DNA of 63,978 bases, the filler included, from Dimargaris cristalligena (lineage: Eukaryota), in assembly GCA_003614675.1 (NCBI GenBank). It is 4 parts of 4 records of this genome, joined end to end, with 100 filler letters (N's around TTAATTAATTAA, not from the genome) between each part and the next. Parts side by side here need not be neighbours in the genome. Positions count along the whole stretch, not along the records: positions 1 to 16,055 come from ML002861.1; positions 16,156 to 32,208 come from ML002862.1; 2 more parts are not named here. One strand, 5' to 3'. Made by a program: the position numbers and the translations under genes. Positions 12,719 through 22,896 of the stretch are shown in pieces (position 1 is the stretch's first letter; each line of letters starts with the position of its first letter). The notes below the pieces were generated by a model. That model was not told the origin of the DNA. It worked only from the letters and a program-made list of their open reading frames with translations, and did no database searches.

Positions 12719-13210
12719 GTATGTTATTTCCCATTACTCGACCGCTCGTCAGGCCGAATCGAACCAGCCGCACCCCAGCCACTGTCCGTCGCTTCGCCGA
12801 AATATCCATCCGTCTGCCGATTCCGCCGCCGCTCACCCGAAAACCCTAATCGCCCCAACCATCATCCCATCCATCCATCCATCCGTTCATCTGAATGCAC
12901 ATGTGTGGAGGATGGGCTCAGGTTTTGAAGGACCTGCTATGCTGCCGACGGCATTATGTACTCTTCGTATAGCACGGCCTGCTCAAGGAATCGAAAAGCG
13001 GCGGTAGACTCACAGCCGGATGTAATCGAAGTGCCGGACGCTGGTTGACCGATTGTACATTCCATCGCAGCTACTCATCTTGACCGATTCCATAGCGGGG
13101 ACATTCCCTCCATCTTGGAATCATATACCGCACTTCCCTAATGCATGCACTAATCCTTCTCAATGAACTCTATGTTTACCTATTGGACCATCTACCCATT
13201 TCTATTCCAG
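12719..13210 (+). other. Putative 5'-UTR intron of RPL29
   Basis: GTATGT donor at 12719, GCACTAAT branch-like site at ~13147, TTCCAG acceptor ending at 13210, 6 nt before the ATG. Confidence 0.65.
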
Positions 13211-13216
13211 AATACA

Positions 13217-13414
13217 ATGGCCAAGTCGAAGAACCACACCAACCACAACCAGAACCGCAAGGCTCACCGCAACGGCATCAAGCGCGCCGCTTCCAAGCCC
13301 AAGATCGCCCAGTTCGGTGTCTGCCAGAAGTTCCGCCGTAACATGCGTTACGCCGCCAAGAAGCAGCAGGAGCTGAACCTCGAGGCCAAGAAGGCCAAGG
13401 TTGTCGCCGCCTAA
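13217..13414 (+). CDS. RPL29: 60S ribosomal protein eL29
   Basis: [22 protein letters not shown] signature and strong codon bias. Confidence 0.97.
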   Translation: MAKSKNHTNHNQNRKAHRNGIKRAASKPKIAQFGVCQKFRRNMRYAAKKQQELNLEAKKAKVVAA

Positions 13415-13806
13415 TTTTCTCTCCCCTTCGCACATTCACTCCTTTTGGTCGCTGCGGTTCACGCTTGCCCAATTACCAAACATTCGGGGTAGTCTAGTCG
13501 AGACTTATTATAAACAACACCCCTCTGGCCCGATATGGCTCGCTGTATCGGTCAATTTGTGCCTGGACGATGGCCTTGATCGAAATCCCCCTTCGCTCTT
13601 CATTCCCCCCCTCCTTCCTTCCTTTGTCTCTGCTAGTTTGAGGGCTACCCTTTCGTTGGCAATAAAACACCCGTGTATTCACTACCTACTTAATCGTGAC
13701 TCCTGTACTGTATAATAGAATGAGTCGTATCTCACTTTATTGATAATGTTATTTAATTCTCGTGGGCTAGATTATCTTACCACCTTGCTCCTCTTTGGCT
13801 GGCTGA

Positions 13807-15047
13807 TTACATAATTCGCCCGGTGTCTAAAAAGGCCCGGATTTGTTGGAGTTCAATGGGCATGTCGGCTCCGCTAACGATTTCCTTAACGGTCATGTAG
13901 TCAGTCGGGGTATTGGTTGGACTTAGGACTGTGCCTGGGGGTAGACCCAGTTGTGATGGTCGCAATGTGAACATCTCCAAACGCCAAATTTGTGCAGGGT
14001 CCTCGGCTTTGATAAGCGTGGCGAAATCTTGGTAGGCCTGGCGATACGATGATAGCAAGTCTTTGAATTGAATCCGGGGCCACAGGAGTCGAGCCAAAGC
14101 GAAGAATTGGAAGCGAAGGGCCCAGTATAGTCGCTGGAATAGGTTGATGCTGTACTTGACCATTTTAAAGTAATGGTTCTCCAGAAACCGTTCCACTAAT
14201 TCAACTTGGTTAGTTAAAACCGCCATGTTGAACATGTCTTGGGCACAATTGCTCATGGGCAAATTGCAAGGGGGATTGGTTTGGGCCGGACGGGCGTAGC
14301 AACGCGGGGCCAGTTTTTCCAGCCAGAACCAGGCCAACTCTGTCCCCACTTGAGTGTACGTCAAATATGTCAAAAAATGGCGCTTCCTGAAGGAGAGGGA
14401 TGTGACGGCCGGCCGAGCTAGGCTCAGCATGCCGTGGTTCGAAAACTGATCAAAGTCGACTTGGATAAGCGGTACCAGCGAGACGAGAATATCCGGTCGA
14501 AGTGATTTAACCAGGGGCAACATGGCCAACGCTAAATGAGCCACCTGGTCATCTCCATTCTGCAGATGCCGGATAAAATTAACTAGCTGTATATCAGAAA
14601 TAGACATAATGTAATTTGGCCGCAGTTTAGTACCCCCGGTTACTTCATGGGTGGATTCTAGTAACTGCTTAATAATCCCCCCCCTAGATCATCAATGCTA
14701 GCCACGAAGACTTGACTACAGGTATAAAGCGATACTCCTGACGTAGCACTTTATATTGCCCACGGTTTTATTGGGAAAGCACATTTAAAGAACACACTTA
14801 CGGCATTAACCTGGTTCAGCTGCGGGAGTAATTTGAAGTAGATGCCTTTGCATGTACCCTGTAAGTTGTAGAGGTCATCTAGCATCAAATGCTCGGTAAC
14901 GGATAGTATCAATTCGGTGGGTAGGTGATTCAGACAGTTCATTGTCGGTAGCGTAGCTTGGATAGAACTGTCGACCCCCGGGGCTGCTCTCGTCAAAGTG
15001 GGATGACTAGTGGCGAGGAAACTTATTAGCAGGGTTATGACATACAT
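13807..15047 (-). pseudogene. Disrupted secreted F-box / ankyrin-like protein
   Basis: Hydrophobic N-terminus ending TRA-AP, then F-box motif LNHLPTELILSVTEHLMLDDLYNLQGTCK. In-frame TAA at 14751-14753 and a frame change at the C8 run (14677-14684) join it to ORF 13807-14607, which has ankyrin-like helices (FNMAVLTNQVELVERFLE; LYWALRFQFFALARLL). Confidence 0.7.
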
Positions 15048-15780
15048 ACTTGTATCAATAGCTGGGTACCTGGTTCCTTTTAAACTTGGATAAAGAAAAG
15101 TGAATAGAGATTAGGGCGAACTAAAGCAATGCATGGCACTGTGGTAAATCGACAATTTGGCGTTATTATATAGGACTTTGGAGGGGTTGGGCTACTCCGG
15201 CGTTACTACTGGAGTTGGGGCGAGGAATACAGTCGCACAGTCACCTGCCAATTATAAGGACTGCGGGGGGATAGTTAGTCTCTATGCCACCCGAGTCGAA
15301 GGTCAATCTTGCGCATGTAGTGTTCCTTAGCAGAAATTACTTTGCTACCACCCCCCCCGCCAATACATTCTTTATTATTTAATAGGTGTGAAGGCGGCCC
15401 CTGTCTTACCCTTAGGTTGGGAAAAATAGTACAAAAGGTCCCCGTGACTACAGCCAAGGGCCATAAAAGGAATACTTTTGAAGCGGCTTCAGTTCAAGGG
15501 TGTATCATGCATTACCGTGGAAGACCAGGTTGATTGACTAGAAAAGAAGCCACATTCCGGATTGATACATGGAAGCAGCCATTAAAAGACAGGATACCTG
15601 AATAATAGAATTAAAAATTACCGACAATACGGCATTACCTCAGTTTGGACGTATTCACACACCCGGTTTGCGGCTCATCGGGTGACTTAGGTTGTGTGAC
15701 GAAAATCCTTCACTGGTGCAACTATTTAGAGGGAAAATCAAAATTTGGGCCAATATGAGCAGTCATAAAAAACCAAAAAG

Positions 15781-15854
15781 TGATTTCTGCCGGATTCGAA
15801 CCGGCGACCGTCTGTGTGTTAGACAGACGTGATAACCAACTACACCAAGAAATC
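15781..15854 (-). tRNA. tRNA-Val(AAC)
   Basis: GATTTCT/AGAAATC acceptor stem, TGGTGTAGTTGGTTATCAC D-arm, TCTGT-CTAACAC-ACAGA anticodon arm, GCCGG-TTCGAAT-CCGGC T-arm, followed by a TTTTT Pol III terminator. Confidence 0.97.
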
Positions 15855-15867
15855 ACCTACAAAATAT

Positions 15868-15975
15868 TGTGGTAGGACCTGAGAGTACTTAGTTAAACCA
15901 CAGTATTTCTTTATTAATCAGTTCTCATTACTACATCCTTTTATCAGTGAAGTCTCGATTTATTATTTTTACAGC
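15868..15975 (+). mobile_element. LTR-like repeat end, second copy at ~48052-48170
   Basis: Begins TGTGGTAGGACCTGAGA...TAAACCACAGTATT and matches 48052-48170. Runs toward the contig end. Confidence 0.6.
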
Positions 15976-16055
15976 CTTGCAATATCATAGCAAGTAAAAG
16001 ATACATCAAATATCACTCGCATTTATATTTGATATCATCATTAGCCAGATATATT

Positions 16056-16155
16056 NNNNNNNNNNNNNNNNNNNNNNNNNNNNNNNNNNNNNNNNNNNNT
16101 TAATTAATTAANNNNNNNNNNNNNNNNNNNNNNNNNNNNNNNNNNNNNNNNNNNN
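16056..16155. other. Artificial contig-joining spacer
   Basis: 44 N + TTAATTAATTAA (stops in all six frames) + 44 N. Confidence 0.97.
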
Positions 16156-16255
16156 AGGGGCAGGGGCTCATTCACTCATCAGGGGTGTACTTCCAATAAG
16201 TGCGAAAAATGGATTAAAAATAAAAGTAGGTAAAAAATGTGGTAAGTTCACTACA
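16156..16255 (+). repeat. Dispersed repeat R1, copy of 69-168
   Basis: Near-identical to 69-168. Sits at the contig start. Confidence 0.85.
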
Positions 16256-16278
16256 CCATTCAATCTATATTTCCAAAA

Positions 16279-16873
16279 CATAATACCTTATGGTAGAGAT
16301 TTACTATCACAATAATACTGGTACTGTATTGAACATATATGCTTCTTTGGTCTATGGCCATAACTAGGACTGGTGAGTAGTGTGTTGTTAGGTGAGAGGG
16401 TGAGCTATTTAACTAATCAACTAAACTGGAAAAATTCAGCTGAAGGGAGTTAATATGGATGGCTGGACAAAGTGGTGGTTGGTAAGTGTAAGGGTAAGGG
16501 TAAGGGGAATACTGTATTTGCTTCTGCGGGGTGGTGGTATGAGTTATATATAGTTAGCCAAGACTTAGTTGTCAATGCCAAACTAGCTATATAGTTCAAT
16601 AGATAATGCAAGACATTCAATTTTAGTGAGCAGTAAATATTTATTATGTTTATCTGTCACTGTGATCAAAGCTGTTCTTATGATTGGAAACTAGGTGTTA
16701 TTATCACCTAGTTCCATCAACTGGTCACAGTAATTCAAACACCAAAGGATTATTTTCCTTTGATTATTTTTACCTGCCCATTTGTATATACAATACATCC
16801 CATTATTAATCTTAACTCCATTATTGTTCATCATTGTTTTTTGCATGACCAAATATTTAACTGATTTTGATAC
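16279..16873 (+). repeat. ~590-bp dispersed repeat R2, CpG-decayed copy
   Basis: Aligns along its length with the reverse complement of 28668-29256. Confidence 0.9.
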
Positions 16874-16877
16874 ATAT

Positions 16878-17013
16878 GGGTGAAGTTCATCCAGGCTGTA
16901 TAACAAACCATCCATTAGATGGAGTCAAAATTACTGGTTAGAATATTCAATCCCCCATATTCTCCCATATATGAATTATGTAAAATTTTATACAGCTGGT
17001 TTGAATTTCACCC
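16878..17013. mobile_element. 136-bp MITE, copy 2
   Basis: GGGTGAAGTTCATCCAGGCTGTATA...TATACAGCTGGTTTGAATTTCACCC, with ATAT on both sides. Confidence 0.9.
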
Positions 17014-18836
17014 ATATTAAGATTGCATATATCACTACTGAGAATAAGAGGGCAGCAATATACCCAATCTCTAATTCCTGGAGCATACACACCCTGGTTG
17101 GCACTTTCTGGTGATATGCTCACTGTTTTTCTTTATTTACCAAACCAATATTTTGACTTCAAATTTAGTCAATTCAATTCAAGGAAATATCCTGCCATCC
17201 TGTCGTCCTTCTCTTCATCTTGTAATTGGCCAAATTACAGTCCTTATTGGTTGAATTCGGAGTTTTTGGACTTACTGTGGTTGTGATAGGGTGGGGGTTC
17301 AGTCGTAATTCTTAAGTATGCAAACAAGCCATAGGAATAATACTCAGATGTTTGCTTCACTATATATATATATTCGATTAAAATGAAGGACTCTATTAAA
17401 AATAGAGCCTCAGAGGGGGTGATAACTGAACGATTCAAGTATATCTATTAGTAAAGCCCCCAGAGGCAGGTGGCTTAACAACTGCCTGATGGTAGATTAA
17501 GGGATATGTTGGGGCATAGGAAGAGCCCTATGTTTCCACAACGAACACTATTTCTTTGGATGGGGGAGCTAATGCAAGGCAGCGAGGCCTATCTATTTTC
17601 CGTTCCCTCACATCCTCTCTCTCCCTCTTTCTCCCTCTCTCTTGGGGCTAAACAAAGCAGCGCTGGGCTATGGATTTCCCCTTTTTTATTGACTATGGTC
17701 GGTAGGGTCCTCGATAATCGGACTTTTGGGTCTGTTTCACATTACCTAGAGAAATTTCGGAGAGTGGCTTTAGCCTCATATTAGAGGGGGTTCAACATGT
17801 CCCATCGTCACTTCCCCCTTCTCCTAGCACAATTCTAACAGCACGTTGAATAATATCCCGGGTAAATGAACTCCCCAGGCTTTAGATAATGAGTGGTAAG
17901 GATAAGAGGGCAGAATATAAAGACATCGATTGGGGCGTAAATCATATAGATGTTTTATTTAATTATAAAAACAACGACTTATCAAAGCGCCGTGTAAATC
18001 AGGATTTGCATTTGGTCTTTTAAACTGTTTCTCGTTCCGTCCACCCCCTTTCCTCCCCTTCTATAATCCCATTTTGACTTTACTTCCCTATGACTTCCCG
18101 TCTGCACTCCTTCCCTCTGTCTTCCCTCGCTTAACCGGCGACAGTCACCGTGACCGAACCCCCTTTGGAGGAGTGAAAACTACGAATACTCTCTTACTTA
18201 TCAAAAATGTCATTCTTTATCGTGCACCCACGATCGCTCATCATAGGGCAACTCGATTGTATCGGCACACCACACAGCAGCTCAAGGGTAGGTCTATCTT
18301 ATACGGCGACATACAAAACCAAAACCCAAAGAGAATCGAGCAGCCCGAAACACTACAGTATTCATTAGAACAAAGGGTGCAGTACGCCGTTAGCTACGAA
18401 ACAAGTTGGTTATGGGACTAGAGGCGCAGGTTTGGGGGTAAAAGGTTGGGGTTGAAAATGTCTGCCACTGTGGCTATCATGATTAATTTATTGGCGGCTC
18501 GTAGCCGTCTGCTGATCAATTTCACCCTATCCATCTCCGCCATCTCTATCATATCATATATACCCTCCTGCACATATTGCTTGGTGACTGTTTAATTCGG
18601 GCATTGGTGTGAATTATTCCGCTTTAGTAATTCCATATAAATATCCCATCCGTCGGCCTGTGTAGGAGAGTATATCATTGCATTCCACATCCTCCTATTT
18701 TACATTGACCCTCCATCCACTCCTTACTTCTATAAGTTCTCTCCACTATCACCGGTAAGCTTTACACTAGGAATTTATCGTTTACGGTCTTTTCGGACCA
18801 CTTGGTATAGCCAAGTAATTGGTTTAGGAGGTATAT

Positions 18837-18972
18837 GGGAGAAGTTCATTCAGGCTGTATAACGAAAAATCCATTGGATGAGGCCAATATTGCTGGTTAA
18901 AAGCTATTCTCCCACATATTCACCCATACATGTACTATGTAAAACCCTATACAGCTGGTTTGAATTTCACCC
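18837..18972. mobile_element. 136-bp MITE, copy 3, inserted upstream of the secreted-protein gene
   Basis: Same TIRs with ATAT duplication. The empty site is visible upstream of the paralog at ~31295-31325. Confidence 0.92.
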
Positions 18973-19111
18973 ATATTAATTTTTGTTCATCAGACGAACT
19001 TTATATGCTAAATATCTTCTTCCATTCAATTCTGAACCTGCCAACGATATGTAGTGAGTTTTTGGCCATCTACTTTCCCCCTTCCTTATCCCCACACCAA
19101 CCCCTGCTACC

Positions 19112-19471
19112 ATGCACGCCTTCCAATCCTTCCGTATTTCCCGTCGAGTTCTGTGCATCGCTCTCGGCAGCTTGGCTCTCCTTGTTTTGACCACGCAACC
19201 GGCCATCGCGGCCCCCCACCATGTGCATAGCGTCACCGAGTCCAACTTCGTCCACCTGAGCCGTCGGGCCAAACAAAAAAACAATATGGGTACTAATATG
19301 GTCAGCAAGAATGTCAACAGGAACAGTGGGTCCGGGAAGAAGGTGATCCCATTGGGCACGAAACCAAAAGCCATAAAGCCACGTGAACCCAAGGAAGCCT
19401 TTAAGAATTACAATAGTAAACCAGCAAAGGCCGATGGGTCCATGACGGATAAAAATGGGCCCATTGAATAA
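19112..19471 (+). CDS. Small secreted Lys/Asn-rich protein with prepro leader (119 aa)
   Basis: Signal-peptide-like MHAFQSFRISRRVLCIALGSLALLVLTTQPAIA-AP and pro-region ending HLSRR. Leader and 5' flank are conserved with the paralog at 31168. Confidence 0.75.
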   Translation: MHAFQSFRISRRVLCIALGSLALLVLTTQPAIAAPHHVHSVTESNFVHLSRRAKQKNNMGTNMVSKNVNRNSGSGKKVIPLGTKPKAIKPREPKEAFKNYNSKPAKADGSMTDKNGPIE

Positions 19472-21181
19472 CCACCAGATTCGCCCACTTCGACTAAATA
19501 TCTTGATCTTCGGTTAGTGAGACCGGTTTCACTAGCTAAAATACGATACCGCCCACGTTATCGTTGTCTTTTCATCCCAAACCAATTTTTCGCTCTGTTG
19601 AAATTCATCCAAATCCAACGCTGCATTGCCTACGCATTTTTTGGCCAAGCCATCCGCCATACTGTTGCCGGCCACCTTCGCTTAACTCAGTCGGTTGTAA
19701 CTCCTTTCGAATCATTTAACATAAAATTATTGGCGCAATTCAGCGGTCAAACAGCACCAGTCAATAAAATAACAGGCATTTATCATTTATCACTGATCAC
19801 TGTCAAATGAATATAAGATATTTTCGTCAATATAACGGTGCCTATTAATAATACTGTGAAGGTTGGTCTAATTATAGTGCAATATAGGTCCTGCTGTGCT
19901 GCATGTAAGCAAGTATATAATTTCATGTAGTACCAGGGCTTGGGGTTACGGGAGGGGATTCGGTGTGGTCCTACCGGGTGGAGAAGAACCGGACATGGGC
20001 GGGGTGCTTAGGATAAGGCATCGCTTCCTAGTGGATATAGGCCGCACAATTGGGGTTGATGACGATGTTGAAGAGTGTTATCTCCTTTGGAAAGATAGAA
20101 CGGTGACGAGCTATTCGTGACATTATGATATTTGACAAATACTAATGCTATTTATAAAAGAAATCTTAAATATACTTATAAGTAAATAATTGTAGTAAAT
20201 ATAATGATTGACACAGACGGGAAATCGAACTCATAATCATAATCATACTCGCGCTCACGCTCCCCGAATTAGGTATAAGAACGGCAGGTTTAAATTTATC
20301 GTGCATCAGAAATGGCCATAATAGCACTGGAGGTGCTCATCGGTCACCAGCGAAGAATTTTTTGTTGGAAATTCATTTCCCCTGTCCCACCGATTCTATC
20401 TCTCTGATTAGCTCGTCCTAAACTCGGGACTGTATTCTAGCCATTACTATATCATTCTATACTCGGGACTTCGTCCCAATCTTGATTATTACTATTATGT
20501 AACTCAATAAAATTAACCGCGGGCATCTAGCTCTGCTCCTTGCGGTTCTTTCTCTCATATTAAAATTATTTTAGTTGTATCCGAAGGCACTTGTGTTTAC
20601 CGTCGAATTTATCAATCCACCATTTTTATCATCGACAGCCTCTGTTTGCCGTTATCGGACTTTGATATCTGTGACTACTTTCTACCCACGGTTTCAGAAG
20701 TGGTGATTGACACTTTCGCTGGGCTGATAATAACGCTTCCGTCGAAACAACAGGTGTAATTATGGAAATAATCGTACGCGATAACATCGGCAAAAAATAG
20801 ACACTCTCCAACCCTGCGCTTTGCAGTAATACAAATCACCAACTAAACCCACACCCATTACATCAGCACAACCACAAGCTCACACTTTATCAAAGGTATT
20901 AGTTGTCCAACCAGTTCAGCATATGTAAATATAGATATCATTTAATTATAATCAGCAGCGTCTCCTTTTATCACAGTTTTCACGTTGTATAAATACCAGC
21001 AGCTTCTGCGTCCATCTGGGCCTAACAACCTGCTTCTTATTCTTAGGTTCCTGTTAATTATTTATATTTTCCCCTGATTATTCATACCTTCGCTAAATAT
21101 TTCTACGCTTGGTAGCAGTATTACATTCCCTAATTTGAATGGCTTCTATATATACGTATCTCCCCCCTTTATTCCACCAGC

Positions 21182-22087
21182 ATGGATCCCCTTGCTGATC
21201 ATTCCAGGCCAATTGATGAACATATCCCCATTGTGGGAAACCCTGTAACTGAGACTGTAGTGGCTATAGCCTCCACCGTGTCCCAGCGGCCCTTCCAGGC
21301 AATAACCGGATATGGCACTCCTCCCCGTTTTCAAGGAACTTTTTGAGACGACCCATTGGCCTGGCTCCGGCGTATGGAGTTATTCTGTGAAGTCCGCGAT
21401 ATTCCCAATTCCCACTGGGCGACCTTTGCCTCTGAATCCTTAGATGGCCTGGCTGCTACCTGGTTTTGTCGTACCCTATCGGATGAAGCCCAATCCCACC
21501 CTAACCTTACTCTTATGCAATTACCTATTATGGCCTGGTCTGCTTTCAAGCAGTCTATTACTATCCAATTTTTAAACAAAGACTTGAGTCTCGCTCTTCG
21601 AAACCAATTAGGCCAATTGCGCCAAGGCAACTCCTCGTCCAACTATATTTCCAAATTTAACAACTTGGTTCTATGTATTCCCGGTATGCATACCAGTGAT
21701 CAGCTGAAGTATTTCTTAGATGGGTTGCATCCTTCCCTACGCCAGGACTTACTAGTTGCGGGTGTTACCCACTTGACTGCCTTGACCGAAGCCCTGATAA
21801 AGGCCCTGGATTTGGGGAATTCCTCTCCGTTTACGGCCCGATTTTCCAGCCAGCATAATCGGCCTTTTCACAACCGGCCCCTGAATCCCCAACCTAGGTC
21901 CCCGGTACACTAAACAAACCTGGCATCTATGGAACTAGACTGGCGTCAAACCTTGACCCTCCGAGAGCGTCGACAGTGCCAGGCCCAAGGCACCTGCTTC
22001 CGCTGCCGCCAAGGGCGACATCTGGCCCGACATTGTTCTGGATTTCCCATCAGCGAATTGCTCTGCGACCCCCTCCTTCCCCGCTAG
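21182..22087 (+). mobile_element. Decayed Ty3/gypsy gag (two in-frame stops, no pol visible)
   Basis: One frame from ATG 21182 reads PPRFQGTF*DDPLAWLRRMELF...WSAFKQ...LRQG...YISKF...FLDGL...*...MELD...CFRCRQGRHLARHC (capsid motifs plus CCHC knuckle). PBS-like TGGTAGCAG at ~21110. Confidence 0.88.
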
Positions 22088-22896
22088 CCTCACCCTCCTA
22101 ATTTATTAACACCAATTTTAGTTACTAAGTTCTTTTCTAAAAAAACTCCAGAAAGAAATGTATATAACCGAAAACCCTCAAAGATAATCTAGTGATTTTA
22201 TTGCTGCGACTATTCCAACCCAATCTGTGTACCGCAAAACCACTCTTCCTTTTCAATCCTAGCATTCTGATGCTGGTGCCTACTAGCTGTTTAATTCAAT
22301 TGATTTTATATTTTGGGGATACTCTTGAAATCCCTCAATACCCTGGCCATCCCGAAATAAACCCCCATATTCTCCCATAGCGCACCTGCGACCATAATGC
22401 CATGCCCGTATAGTGTTGAATATTATGATTAAATTGACTGAATTAACCAACCAGGATATATCCACCCAGAATTATGACCAACTGACAAGTCCAATAGCCC
22501 CTCTGTTCTTCATAACCCTCACCGAAAACACTCAACTAAGTGGTCAGTCGTATAATAATGATAAGGGCCAGATAATCTGCCCGTTTATTTTATTTATATC
22601 GATATGTATGCATGAAGATTTGTATATCATTAAAATTCGGACACCGCCCGTTGGCTATATTAGGTTAGTGACAGTAAAATCGGCTGCAGTTGATAAAGCC
22701 CACACAGAACGCAAAGCGCAATGAGAATCCACGACAGCCGACCTGCCGAGGCCCCCCACCCGCACTCCATTCCGCCATGTATTAAGACCCCACTCGTATA
22801 CCGCCCAGGCGACCGAAAACAGCGCGTTGGAGTAGGCGGGCAGCGGAACGGAGGAGACCGTTAACCATGACTGCCGGGGTAGTCCCGGAGGGGTGC

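Noticed and set aside
13040..13110. snR30/U17 or RNase MRP identity for the RPL29 intron structure
   Set aside because: The m1/m2 motifs (AUAUUCCUA, AAACCAU) and the MRP P4 partner (GAAAGUCCCC) are not matched exactly.
11125..15047. Functional cluster of SGT1 (Skp1 partner) with the F-box gene
   Set aside because: RPL29 lies between them, the F-box gene is secreted-type and disrupted, and this Sgt1 lacks the Skp1-binding TPR. Proximity is probably chance.
16100..16111. TTAATTAATTAA palindrome repeated three times at ~16-kb spacing
   Set aside because: Assembly linker embedded in Ns, not biological.
20208..20240. tRNA-like 3' half on the minus strand (GAGTTCGATTTCCCGTCTGTGTCA)
   Set aside because: No D-arm, anticodon arm or matching acceptor strand upstream.
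20363..20631. Possible copia-like solo LTR (TGTTGG...TATCA with TATA and AATAAA)
   Set aside because: No TSD and no second copy in the window.
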